Below are positions 11,694-25,108 of a stretch of DNA of 64,000 nt, piece after piece (position 1 is the stretch's first letter; every line of letters starts with the position of its first letter). Origin of the DNA: Oikopleura dioica (taxonomy: Eukaryota > Animalia > Chordata); assembly GCA_907165135.1 (NCBI GenBank), contig OU015568.1, positions 310,001 to 374,000 of the forward strand, read 5' to 3'. The translations under genes and the position numbers were made by a program. The notes beneath the pieces are model-generated. The model worked only from the letters and a program-made list of their open reading frames with translations. It ran no database searches and was not told the DNA's origin.

Positions 11694-14600
11694 ATCGGAA
11701 ACCTATAACAGCAAATTGCGTCAAAGATACAAGTGTAAAAAAAGCTGTCGACGCAGCAGCCTTATGCTCGGGTTCCCAAACGCTTTGGCTTCCAGAAACG
11801 CAAGAACAGATCGATTTCCATTCTTCGAATGACGTCTGGATTGACCTCAAGTTCGTCGAAGGCGACGCAGTTGAGTATCAGACCATAACTGGACAACCCG
11901 CCCCGCCTGCCGATTCGAAAATAGTCGAGCTCTGTCAAGCTGCTTCAGCTGCTGATGGGAAATGTTTCTATTTGGAACCAGAGGGTGGAGTCTTAAAATG
12001 CTTTGCTGACGACTGCGATAAGAGCAGTGATAAACATAGAACAATGTGCATGGATGCGGCTTGCCACACAGATCCAACGAAATGTTGTGGATATGAAGCT
12101 GGTCCAGTACCAGACGAAGGGCCTTTTCACTGCGAAATATCCGAAATTGCGAATTCTACGGACTGCAACGCCGATGGATGTCCTCTAAAGAAGACATTTG
12201 CTGATGCGAAAGCCCACTGCGAAGCGTTCAATCTTAAGCTTTTTATGCCCCGCACAGAGGAAGATGTAAGCTTCCTGATGAACCAGCCCTACGAAGTCTG
12301 GATCGGCGTCAACGCGGATACATCAACCAGTCCAACACGATATCTTTACTCCTCGGGCATCGCTGCTGACGCTGCTACAACGGAATTTAGTGACGGGACA
12401 TTCTGTGAAGATCCAGTAACACACGGATCCTGCGCAACAATCAGAGAAGACAAAGGTTGTTCGGAAAACGTCGATTGCTCGGAGCTCCATTACTTCATTT
12501 GCGCTGAGTTAGATCAAACCGAAACAACTTGCTCGTACAATAATTTGGGAGATGTTTTCACCGGCCCGCCGACTGAAGTCATTCCCGATCCAGCGCCAGA
12601 AACTCCAGAAGAACCAGCGGATCCCAACGCGCCGAAAGTTGTCATCGCTACTTCTAGAGAGCTTCCTATCTTCAACAGCGCCGATCAGTTCTTCAACATC
12701 GCCTCAACAAATCTTACTGCACGCTCGTTCGCAAGAACCTATTCACCATTCAGCGGAAAATGCAAGCCGAATAATCAGTACAGCGACATGATGAAGCATC
12801 GATATCGAGGCGCAAGTATTCAGTTCAAGAAAGAAGAAGGATTTACCCCGCAGAATCCAATGTTCAGAATTTTCCGTAGCCAATGTCTCGGGAAGAGTAA
12901 AACATTCGGCACGATCTCGAAGGGCGATAAATACTCCGACTCGAAGCTCGGGTGGCAACAAGAATGCTCCATCAACGGAGAACTCGTAGAAATGACGATG
13001 ACAAAGGGGCGAAAAGACGCTTGGCCCGATGTGACGAGAATCGGAAAGATCACAGCTGACCAGGCGATTGGAGAGTACTTCATGCCCTTTTGGAACTTCG
13101 ATGTGGAGAGCGCATATCCTGACGAAGAGAAATTCGCTCAATCTCCTGGCTCCGAGTGCGAGCCACCACTTCAGAGCGTCAATCGACCAGGTCACGTGGA
13201 ACCAGCACTCTTTGAAATCAAAGAAGTCTACACGAAAGAGAATGCGCAAAAGATGCACAATTGGTGGGGAGCCGGAAGTTTTGAATTCAAAATGGACAGA
13301 AATATTTTTGATGCAGTTTGGGATTTGCAGAATTCCCTGACTGTGGATGATGCAGTTCGTCTGTGCGACACGAAGAGAAAAGGGGCAACTAAATGGGGTC
13401 CGACAACGGTTGAAGAAATGAGATACATCAAGCATCTCGCGAAGACATCTAATCAAGACATTTGGATAGAAAATAATGCAGACACATCGAGCCTGTGCTC
13501 TCAAACAAGCACAAGAATAGTCCGAAATGAACCCGAACATACGAATCCGACTCATTGTGTGGATAATAATTTGCCGGACAACGCTCATACTCCGCACCCA
13601 GTTTGCCAAAAGTTTTATCATTGCGATCATCAAAATGTGGTCGGCGGTACTGTTGTGAAGGAATGCGGTCCTGGAACTGTCTTTATTCCATTGACTGCTA
13701 TTAGCGGCACTTGCGGATGGCCTGATGCGTCGAATACAGCTGGATGTTGTGATGAGACTCAATTCGACTGTTCAACTACGACCACTACAACGAGTACGAC
13801 GACTACAACGAGTACGACAACGACTACTACGAGTACTACAACGACGACAGAAGAACCGGGTACTACGGCGGAACCAACAACATCGGGAATGACATCAACG
13901 GGAACGACGACAATAATAGCAGGTTACCCAAATCTCATTTACATTGATTCGTCTGGTCAGTGTTCTTTCTGGCAGGATAAAGTCCCAACACCTGACTCAA
14001 ATGGAGTTGTAAACAAAAATGCTAGATTTCTTTGCGCTCCTCCTAATCTCGGCTGGGGCTACGATCAGAAATCGTTCACCTACACAACCGGTCAGTGCTT
14101 ACATGGAATGTCTGTCCACACGCCTTGGGGCAAAAGAGTTTGGCAATACTCAGCACATATTCTCGAGATCGACAACAATCCGCCAACTTTCAAAACACCC
14201 TGCGACTGGCGAGCGAAAGCCGGCTGCGGCACTGTCTATTTCGATCTGAGTCCAGAAGACGCCGATGGCGATAGTGTTAAGTGCCGATGGTCGACAGCTT
14301 ATGAAGCCAGCGAGCTCGCTTTTGAGACGATTTCTGATTACAGCGACGGGGCTTTTTTCTGGGCAACTGATCGAGGGGGCTGTGTAATTGGGTACGACCC
14401 GACGAAAGACAGCTGTAATGGTGGTAATTGTGATCGAGCGCGTCCGTTGGCGATTCAGGTTGAAGACTACGAATACGATCCAAATATTGACCCGGTTGAT
14501 CCATACTATGATAGGTGGTACGAACACATTGTAGCCGGAAATCACGATGAGTTCAAGCCGAAATCCTCGATGCCACTTGTTTTCATGGCGATCATAGAAG

Positions 14601-17600
14601 ACGGAACAGTAGATGAGAGCCATATTCTCAAAGATCCAAGCTTCGATGGTCTTTGTGCTCCATCAGCTGCCTGGAAAACATATGCAGATGCAAAAGCATT
14701 TTGCGAAGAAAATGGCGGAGCTCTTTTTTCTCCTCAAAATTCTGCTGATTTGAGTCTAATTGATGAATATCCATGGCAAGATTATTGGTTGAATGCAGTT
14801 GCAGTTGGCGACGATATAATCGACATGAACACCGGTGGACTAATTTTTTCAGGAGCTGGTTGGTCCACTACTTGCCAAAATCCAGCGTTTTCCGATAATG
14901 TTGAAAAAGTCTACGTTTCTGCAATGAGTATGGGTTTCGGAGTTGATTGTATGCTCGACCAACACATGGACACGACGAAGCCATTCATTTGCACACATCC
15001 ACTTCTTGATTGCAATGCGATTCCGCCAAGCTCTTGTGCTATTGCAGCGAAACCAATGACATACTTTGAGGGAGAGGCGTACTGCAAACAAGCCGGTATG
15101 GAAATAGCGATGCCGAGGACAGAAGAAGAGCTTCTTTGGTTCAAAAGTTTCGGCGAAGAAATTTATGTAAGAGCTCGATCTCATCAAGGCGCTGATTTGT
15201 TAGATCCATATGACAATTCTGCAATAACGGGAACTGACTTCAATACAAGATGCACTTCAGCAAGCAGTTTTACTGACTCAACGACCAGCGATCCCAACGA
15301 AAGAGCATGCGTCAGAATAAAGTATGACCCGGCAAATATCGCCGATGACTCAATGGAAAGCTGCCACCTTGCTACGAATTGTGCTAGTACAGTGGCAAAA
15401 ATTATTTGCTCCAAGCCGACGTATACTGATGACATGGCTTGCTACAACACTCCTGTTCTAGAAGCAGACTGTGAAGTCCTTGGTCCTACACCAGTTGACG
15501 ATATAGAGGGCCTTTTATCCCCAGGTAGAGAGATTTTCGCACCAAGAACGGAAGAAGAGATAGAATTCCTAACTCAACTTCCTGATACAGAAGAAATTTT
15601 GCTCGGCATCACTGTCGATAGCAAAGCAAAAATGTATTACAGAGACGGATCAAAAGTCAACAAGAAAGCTGAACCTTGCTCTTTGGATAAGAAAACTACT
15701 GATGAAGGGCTTCTTCTGTACAATTTGGACACCGATACATGCCGAACGATCCCGGCATCTTCTGCAACAAGTCAATACTACATCCAACGACCGCCAGGCG
15801 GATGCTCTGTATTTCAGGCAGGCTGTACTATCGGTGCCGCCTGGATTGATCCGTCGCCAGGAGTTGACGACTCTGTTGTTTATGAACTGAACGAGGCGGG
15901 TGACGCGCCGAAGAATTCTATTATCATTCCTTGGAAGGGAGTCTTGACTTACGAAGCACGGTATTATTCAAGAATTAGATCAGCTCGGTGGACGAAAAAG
16001 CCGTACAATATGATTTGCCCGCAGCCGGACGGCGATGGTGGAGCAATTTGTACCTGGTCTCCAGTAGAAGATCAACTTTCCCAGACCCACAAGCTGTGCG
16101 GCATCTGTGAACCTGCCATCCAAGGATCAGAAAGTAGAGAACATTGCTTGACGATATCATTTAAACCATGTGAGCCAGAAATTCCAGATGTCTGCGCTTT
16201 TCAGAGGGAAAATCTTTATAAAGATATCATATGGAACGGCGAAGGAACAATGGATCAATTTCCGTCAGTCCCACCTGCTGATTTGTGGACAAATACGCTT
16301 TCAGGGGCCAATTCTGACTCTGTTTGGTTCGAGTATCAAGCATCTTTGGACACAAATTTAAATCCGGATACTCGAGTTGATGTTCAAATGAAAATCTTTG
16401 GCGACTTTGACATCGCGGATCTGAACAAAATGTTCGATAATGATCAAAATACCGCCTTTACATTCGATGAACCATGCGGCGAAGACTACAACAACGAGCT
16501 CAAATTCCGATTCATTGACCCGGAAGCTGTTACAGATGTAGATTGGGACGCTGACTTTGTCTTAGTCATTTTTGAAAAAATAACGATTCAACTATCCGAA
16601 GACTACATTGGTTTACCTCGATTTGATTCAGCACATGCTGACAATTCCAATGCAAAATCAAACGGATTCTCCCTTGAAAGTATAAAAGGGTACTACTATG
16701 TGCTTGAATCAGATGGAACTTACACCGAAACCCTTATCTCCTCGTTGATTCCAACTGATGACGTCTTCACTTTCGAAATCCGATTCGCTTCCGGAGCAAT
16801 CGTTGCAAACTCTCTTACCCTCAAATTCGAGCATGCTGAAATAAGTATCGCGGAACTCAAGATCCACTGGAAAGAATGCGTCCATGTCCCCTATTTGAGC
16901 GGAAATTACCAGCCCGGGCAAGTGATCATCCCCGGAATCGACCGCGAAATCTGCGCTGCTGATGCAAAACCGGCGAGCTTGGCAATGTATGGCTACGAAA
17001 TCGTCCTCAATGGAGATACGCTTCAAGAAGGATACTACAACATCGAAGACGATGAGCACCCTATTCAACAGTTTACATGGTCTGCGATCAAAAAGTCTTC
17101 GGGGACTTTTAGTTCAGTAGACGCAGCACGGGCAGCATGTCAAATCGATGGCAAAGAGCTCATCTATCCCTTTAAAGCTGAGCAAGAAGAGTTTTGGAGA
17201 AAAGTCGTTGAGTCCGTCGAAGCTGTCAGCGCTGCTGATACTGTCTTTGCCGTCATTGGTTTAACTCACACTCACACAACAACAACAAGCGGTAAGTTCT
17301 TCCCACCAGGGCAGTTGAAAGCGCTCACCCCGGGAAACGAAACAAACGGCTACACGAATTTCTTTGGATCGAACACGGCGGCCTCAGCGTCAGCAGCGTT
17401 CGTTGAGATTTCGAATGGAAACGCTTTCTATTTGTCGAGTACGCAAGGCGCCGGCTGGACTTGGATGGACATGACGAACCCTCCTGCTTCCTGGAACACA
17501 GTGATTTGCATGGGCGTCAGTGAAAAAATAACAAACTGCAAGAATTTGGACGATTGCGTCGCAACCGAGCCAGAAAAATCAGAATGCAGATGCCCCGATG

Positions 17601-18472
17601 GCTCGTTAGCTGATCCGGATCCTGATGGAGATCCAGCCACGAAGGATTTGGAAACTTGTCCTGCTTATGATGCCTGCAGCGACATTGCCGGTTGCAGTGA
17701 TTCTTGCGAAAATGAATACAAATCGCCATTTTTCCGCTGCGGCTGTCCGCCGGACTTTGATGGCGTTCGCTACCAGCTTGGCTACGACGGACAAACTTGT
17801 CTAGATATAAACGAGTGCGAAACAGGGAGTCATCTTTGCGAAGAATTCACGACAGAGTGCAAGAATCTCGATGAACGAATCGGTGACGGCTACGAATGCA
17901 TCTGCAAAAAGACTGGAGCAGTTGTCTCGGCGAAAACGAACGGATTTTACAGTTGCCTTGATTGCCCTTGCACAACTTGCGCTAGTCCTGATGCACTTTC
18001 TGGATTCTGTGCAAGCTATGCTGATTGCTCAACACCTATCGACTTGAAAACAGATTTGTCAGGCCTCACTTGTCCTGCGGATTTTTTCTGTGAAGACTTC
18101 AAAGACCTCAAATGCCCGATTTCTAAAATTTGCTCCCACGTTGCAGAGTGCATTTTCGACTGCGAAGGACTGGGGACCGGATGGTTCTGCCCACTGGAAA
18201 AATGCTTGGAAAAAGAAGATTGCGAGTTCGCCTGCGTTGATGATACGAAATGCTCGTATCAAGTTCTGGCAAATAATGGAAAATGCGTGGAGCAAAGTGA
18301 ATGTTGCCAAGAATGTGGCAAGGATTTTCTTGACCCAGGAATGGATAAACCTAAAATTTTTAATCAAAATTTTTTTTCTCAATTTTATAACGTTTATTTT
18401 CTGAAGCAAATCAAAAAAGATAATTTGTTTTTTTTTTTATTTTTAAAAATTTTTTCGCAAAAAATTTTTTAA
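11694..18472 (+). CDS. Giant extracellular mosaic protein: multiple C-type-lectin-like repeats, peritrophin-A/CBM14 chitin-binding domain, Thr-rich mucin, cadherin/Sib-like segment, EGF/Ca-EGF and Cys-rich tail
   Basis: The frame is open from an acceptor at 11693 for ~6.7 kb. Repeated 'kTy.DAka.C....l.lf.P.teE...f.....vWi' units; CBM14-like CVDNN..CQKFYHC..ECGPGTVF..TCGW..C at 13556-13750; Ca-EGF CLDINECETGSHLC. The first exon and true C-terminus (after ~18350) are unresolved. Confidence 0.8.
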
Positions 18473-18691
18473 GTTGCATTCATCTCCATATTTTTCTGAC
18501 AGTGAAATCCCCCAAGGGGCTATTTTAATGCAAAACAAAAAGTCAAAACATAATTCCAGGGTTTGGCCGGCGCACGAGGTTTACCCCGCCGCGCAACGAT
18601 TACGCAGCTTCAGAGCGAATGCAGGGGCGGGCGCTTGAGCTCTCAGCACTCCGCCGAGAAATTAGCGCCTTTTTAAGAACCAAGAGAAAAC

Positions 18692-20752
18692 ATGATCAAG
18701 GGTGGAAGTTTTGCCGAGCAGGGTATTGCTCCTTTTGTGCTGATTGTGATTGTTTATATGTTCATGTCGGTTTTAGTGAATTTGGAAAGGTTTACTGGGA
18801 TTGTCATGAAAGAAGAAGAGTAAGTTTGAAATTTTTGACGAAATAGATTTTTATCTTGTTGAAAAACTGATTTTTTAATTCAGATATTTCCACGATAAAC
18901 AGTTCGGCAATCATTTCTTGAAAAAGAAGCCAAAAGAAAACATTTTCCAAATTTTATCTGAGGTCGAGGATTTAGAACCTACAGAATCAGAGCTAGAATT
19001 CGAAGCAGAGGAGGAAATTCTTGAGCCACAGAAAACTGAAGTGTTAGAAAAAATAAAAGAAGAAGCACTTCGACCGTGTCTGCTAGACAGGAGCGCTCAA
19101 AGTGACGTGGGCGAAGTTCTAGAGCCGAAATACAAAATGGATCCATCTAAATTCCTGGCCGTGGCTGGTTCTCGCGGCCCAAACAACCAAATCTTCTCCC
19201 TCCGCGACTCAATTTTCTTCGCCATCGCTCTCAATCGCACCTTGATCATCCCTCCATTCTTCAAGCACAACCGCGGAGACCCAACTGCAAACAGTTCAAA
19301 CACAGAAATTGTCGAGTTTCATCAGCGAATGGACTTGAAAAGGATCAAAGAATTGATTTCCGTCATCGAGCCGAAAGAGGCACTTGAGAAATGCGGCGAG
19401 GCGGGATTTGATGTTCTCTACAGAATTCAACGGATTTGTCAGCCGGACAATTTTGATAGAATTCAGGTATTTAGGCTTTTATGGAGGTTTTCAGCCTTTC
19501 AGCTGTTTATGTTTTCAGGCGATTCGTGATTTCTACAATTTCCCTTCAACTCCAGAAACAATCGATTACGCACAAATCTGCCGCTCAAAATCGTCTTTGA
19601 AAGAGATTCCAACAGTTCCTTCCCGAGAAATCATCGAAAGCGTCTTCCACGGCGGAAACATCATTCAAATCAAATCGACAGAAAATGCAAAAGAGGAGAT
19701 TCAAAAGTACTACGCTTCGGATTATAAATGTCCCCTCGCGACTTATGCTTACAATAGTTCGCCGATTTTGAGGGCGAAGGGCAAGGAGAACGAAATTGGC
19801 GAAATTTCAAGGGATATTATTGCTCATACGCAAAGGTAAAAATATATAAAGATTACTCAATTAAATTTTTATTAAATCTGATTGGCCTAACGACTGAAAG
19901 CGGAAATTTTATTCGTTAAAAAATGTTCAAAATTTCATTATTTAAAAGAAAAAAAATCGAAAAGCCGCGTTCGGCTTCGAAAAAAAAAAGAAAAATTCGC
20001 GGTTTTTTTTTCTCCTTTTTAAAACGGCGGTTTTTAAATAAATTTCGTTTTTAGGCCAAAGCATCTCGAAGATTTCGTCGATTCCTTCATCAAAAAATAC
20101 TCTTCTTCAAAGAAATTCATCTCAATCCACTGGCGCTACGACGAAAGCGACTGGAAAAACGAGCAATGCAAGTCGAGAAAGTTCCAACTCGTCTGCCAGA
20201 ATTTCGAGCTTTTGACGGATCCGGAGCAACTGGCGAGTTATTTGATGAAATTTTTCGAAGCGTCCGGAGCCGACCAAGCCTTTGATTTCGTTTATATTGC
20301 TACTCCGGTGAGAAATTGAAAATTTAATTCTAGCTCTTAATTTTTCCTTCAGCCGAATGAGCTGAAACTCATTCAATCCGTCCAACTCCAATTCGAGACG
20401 AAAAACAAGATGAAAATCGTCACTCAAATTGAGGCAATAAAATTTCAATTCTCTGCTATTTTTAAGAACGCTTTTCAGATGATTGAATCGCTGATCGATC
20501 ATTATGGCAAAAACTGCGGCGAAAAGTACGAAAATCTGCGGTTCGAAATCTTGTCTTTGGCGGAAATGGAAGCATGCATTACTTCCAGCGTTTTTTATTC
20601 CTCTTTTGGCTCAAGTTGGTCTTTTAACGTCGAAGCCGAAAGAGCGGTTTTGAGCAAAGGAGCGACTTTTTTGGTAAGAGCGGATTAAATTGCCATTTTT
20701 GACTGGTTTTCAGAACACGCGAATCTTCGAAGCAGACATCAAACGAAAGTAA
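18692..20752 (+). CDS. GDP-fucose O-fucosyltransferase family (POFUT-like) type II membrane protein, paralog 1
   Basis: N-terminal TM anchor; GPNNQ..LRDSIFFAIALNRTLIIPPF; ISIHWRYDESDW; FVYIATP; EMEACITSSVFYSSFGSSWSFNV. Multi-exon. Confidence 0.8.
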
Positions 20753-21392
20753 AAAGACCTAAAAATACTACCCAAGCAATATTTCTTCAAAAAATATACT
20801 GCCAATAAAATATATTCAATTTAAACTTCTGGCAGTCAAAAATCAAAACACAGGAAAGGAAGCTAAATAGGATTTGGTTTTTGCGGGCGGTTCTTGCGGA
20901 AGCGAAAAAATGTGCACACGTTGCGTTTTCTTAAATTCTTATCCACTCAAAATTCTAGAGTACTTAAGCCACTTGAGCCGCACGACTCTTCTTCTTTCAT
21001 TTAATGAAAAAGCCGGCTAGAAAAGTTCAAATAAATGAGGCTTTAAAATATTTCAAAAAGAAAGTTTTTCTACTGACAGTAACGGACACTTTGATACAGT
21101 AAGCGCTACTGTATCAGCTTGAAAATGTCAAATATTGGCCAAAAAAAAAGCTTGTTTTAAAAAATATCGCCTTTTTTATATAAAAAATCATGAAACTAGC
21201 CCTCTTGCTTCTTATCCCATAAAAACAGAAAAAATTATCCAAGCAATTATTTCCCGTGTTTGTTATCAACACATGTCGTTCTTTAAAATAAAGTAGCGGT
21301 CGGCGAGTAGCGCGGCGCTGTTCACTCCGCTTTTTCCCGCACCGAAACTAATTTTTTTCAACGTTTTTTTTGAGAGAAAAATCAATTAAAAA

Positions 21393-24300
21393 ATGACGGT
21401 TTTCCGGAAACTGTTGCTTCCGATTTTGATTGTTTTGTTTTGCTTTTCGTTTTTGTTTATTTTTGTAGAGAATAATCAGAAGCTGACGTTTGAATTTTCA
21501 TCAAGGTAATTAATTAACATTTTTCTCAATTTTCAATCAATTAAGAAAAAAATATTAATAATTTGATAAATTAATTAATTGTTTAAAAAAAATTAAAAAA
21601 ATTATATCTAATAAAATTCTAAAAATAAAAATTCAAAAATAATATTTTTGTTTAATTTAATAAAAATAATGAGTTTTTGATTTTATTATTTAATAATTAT
21701 CAAATTTAATAACTAAAATAATTGAAATTTTAATTTTAATATTTTTTCAAAAAATAACGATTAATTTAATAGCATACGGCTTGAAAAGTATTTCCCATCA
21801 CTGCCGAAAACCGATGAAAATAACCCAAAAGCTGAATCCGCAGCTGAAGATTTATCAAAATCAAATGACTTAAAAAATCAAATAAACGTCGAGCGCCCGG
21901 TTTTATCAAAATTAACGGGCGCCTGTGCGCTCGACAGAGAAGTGCAGTCCGATGTTGGGAAGACAATTGAGCCAAAGTACAAGCTCGATCCGACGAGATT
22001 TCTAGCCGTGGCTGGTTCAAGAGGGCCGAACAATCAAATTGTGTCGATTCGAGACTCGATCTATCTAGGCACTGGTTAGACTCTCTCAATTGAGTACCCG
22101 CTCTTCCCAAAATTGCGGTTGATTATCTTACCTCAAGCTAACCCTATTTTCATGAGCGCAGACGTGTCCTGAAAAAGCCAAAATGCAAAATCAAGGAGCT
22201 GATCTTTTCAAAGATAATTTCTTTTAAAAACGCGGCGCGAGTCTAACCTAATCAAAAAGCCGTCGCTCTGAACAGGACGCTGATAATTCCGCCCTGGTTC
22301 AAACACGATCGTGGCGATCCAACTTCCAATGGTTCAACCACGGCGATCGTTCCTTTTCATCAAAGGAAAGTGGTTTCATTTTTGTTTTAAGGATATAAGC
22401 TATGAATTTGAACTTTCGTAGCGCCTAAATGCGACGTAGGATCATTGTCATTTCAAAAGCAGTCCTACCTAAAATTGCACGTAGAACTCAAATCTGGAAC
22501 TTTTGAAAAAAATCTTATGAAAAATTTTCTCTCTAGAGCGATTTCAAATCTTACGCTCTCGATTGCTCGAAATTTTTACACTAAATCGGTCGAGTTTTTT
22601 CGATAAATAACTTCTCTTAACCCTTATCTACAAAATTGACGGATCAGTTTTCCCTAATTCCGACCGAAACCGATTTAAGAGCGATTTCCATGAGGCTTAC
22701 CAAGCGCGCGAATAGTGTAAAAAGCGGCGCGCTGGACGCTCGCTCTCTCAACTCCTCTTTTCCGTGAGAGTGGCGCGGTTGAGCGGAGCGCTTTGATTGG
22801 TTGCACGCGAAAAAGCACAAAAAGGAGAAAAACTCGAGCAAGAAAGAGGAAAACGCTAGAATGAAAATTTGAGAGAGTTTGGAAATAAAAGCCCGTCAAT
22901 TTTCTAGCTTTACATCATCAAAATAAAAGACACGGTTTAGTTTTAGCGATTCAATGGAGAAAATTCGAGCAATCGAGAGCGTAAGATTTGAAATCGCTCT
23001 AGAGAGAAAATTTTTCATAAGATTTTTTTCAAAAGTTCCAGATTTGAGTTCTACGTGCAATTTTAGGTAGGACTGCTTTTGAAATGAAAATGATCCTAGG
23101 TCGCATTTAGGCGCAACGAAAGTTCAAATTCATAGCTTATATCCTTAAATCTCGAAGTTGCTGGCTTTTTATCCCCGGAATGAGAAGGGGGCTCTTATCT
23201 AAATACCGTACTTATCAGAAGAGTAGCGGTCTAAGAACGAACATGGATTAATTTCCTATTAATAAATCGCTACGCATAAACATTACCAATGTTCCTAGTA
23301 AATTATATAATGATAATCATCAGTAATTAATTATAACAAAAGCAAAGGACTCCTTTTATTTTCGGAGGCCTCATAATTCGATGAAAATTGCGACTATTTT
23401 GGCAAAAATTTTCCTGCAAATTTTCGACCAATCAGATTCTGCTGTTTGGCCTTAAGGCCAATCAGATTTCAGAAAAAATAAATCGAAATTCCGTCATTTC
23501 CTCACGCCAGCTCTCTTATTCATCTTTCTGTGTAAGTCAACTATTTTGCTGGTACCCCAATCGCAACCAAATAAAAAAGAATGGACATGTCAAAAATCAA
23601 ATCGCTCATTTCGGTCATTGAACCCGAAGACGCGCAACAAGCTTGTGGCGAAGATGGATTCGACATAATCTATAGACTTCAAACGATTTGCCAAAAAGAG
23701 AATTACCCGCGCGTCCAGGTGAGCCACCTTTTACATGTGTAAAAAGATTAGGCGCAGTTTTGAGCGAAGGGATTGCATAAATAACTCTCACAAGACCCTC
23801 TGGGCTCGAAAAACCTTCAACTTCCCTTCATTTTAGGCGATCGAGGAGTACTACAATTTTACCTCTTCTTCTTCCCTCAATCTCACTTATTACTGCCAAA
23901 ACTGGAAGAAACAACAACTCGCTCCCTTTGAAACCTTTCCTCCTCCAGACGAGCTGAAATCCTATAAAGCAGGAAATTTCCTTCAAGTGGCCAGTTTGGC
24001 CGACGCTCGAAAGAAACTCAGCAGTGATCACAAATGTCCAGTGGCGAGCTATCCTTACAAATGCACGCCGATAATGAGACAGTGGCACAAACCAGAAGCG
24101 GATGATGGCGAATTGTCAAAGGCGATTTTTGAACATACTCAAAGGTCGCTTTCTCTCTTCCGAAATCTGTCTAATCCCCTTTTAGACCGGAACATCTGGA
24201 GATCTTCGTCGACTCCTTCGTCCGAAAGTACTCGCCAGACAAGAAATTCCTCTCGATCCACTGGAGATACGACGAAAAAGACTGGAAAAACGAGCAGTGC

Positions 24301-24813
24301 AAGGCAATCCAATACAAACTGATCTGCGACAACTTTGATCTTCTTTCTGATTCCAAAGCGATCGCGGATTTTCTCGGGAAACATTTGGACAAAATTGGCG
24401 GAGAAGAAGTTTTCGACTTTATTTATATTGCTACTCCAGTAAGTCAGCCGTCAATTTTTGTCGATAAAAGATCAAACTTGAATAACCAATTTCAGCCTTC
24501 CGAAATGGAGCTGATCCACGGCGTCCAGCGAGAATTCGAAAATCAAGGAAGACTCAAAATCGTCACTCAAATGCAGCTCATCGACGCGCTTGCGGAGAAC
24601 TACGCTAACTGCGGCGAAAAATACGAAGACCTTCGATTTGAAATCTTGTCGCTCGCGGAAATGGAGATCTCCATCACGGCTTCAACTTACTATCTTTCTT
24701 ATGGCTCGAGTTGGTCTTTCAACGTCGCGATTGAAAGATCTGTGATGGGGCGAGGAGAAACTATTTCGAACACGGAGATTTTCTCCGATTTGAAAGAAGG
24801 AAAGAAACTCTAA
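21393..24813 (+). CDS. O-fucosyltransferase family, paralog 2 (tandem duplicate)
   Basis: TM exon MTVFRKLLLPILIVLFCFSFLFIFV; GSRGPNNQIVSIRDSIYL|AVALNRTLIIPPW; LSIHWRYDEKDW; GSSWSFNVAIER. Colinear with paralog 1. Confidence 0.8.
22069..22259 (+). mobile_element. GC-AG intron bounded by 10-bp TIRs (introner-like)
   Basis: ggttagactc (22074-83) pairs with gagtctaacc (22239-48). Removal restores YL-A-VALNRT. Paralog 1 has no intron at this position. Confidence 0.7.
22391..23144. mobile_element. Non-autonomous DNA transposon with ~190-bp near-perfect TIRs and TTAA flanks (Kolobok/piggyBac-like)
   Basis: ttaa|ggatataagctatgaatttgaac ... gttcaaattcatagcttatatcc|ttaa. Confidence 0.9.
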
Positions 24814-25108
24814 TCTATTCTCAAAATTTTTTTGCTACATAACTGCAAACTTCTTCAAAATTAAATTTTAAAATTCATCATTTTATACTCAATAAACGAA
24901 AATTCTTGATTATATATAGTAGGTAGTTCATATACATGTACTTGATATTTTTAGTATTTATGCAGAGATTACGTCATTGATTGAAGGGAATAATAATTCA
25001 ATACAGAAATGCAAGTAGTGATACCGATCTTTTTTATGAATAAAAAGAAGCATTCACAAGGGATTTATATCGGAGGCCTCACTTCATAAAATGAAATATG
25101 ATGTTTAT

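Noticed and set aside
13770-13860. ACN trinucleotide-like repeats, also GGC runs at 8040-8300
   Set aside because: Coding Thr and Gly tracts, not CRISPR arrays or independent satellites.
18350-18472. Hydrophobic F/K-rich ORF tail as a TM anchor
   Set aside because: Very AT-rich and intron/UTR-like; probably read-through of non-coding DNA.
21510-21770. Extremely AT-rich stretch (also 61160-61300)
   Set aside because: Ordinary low-complexity intron or intergenic DNA.
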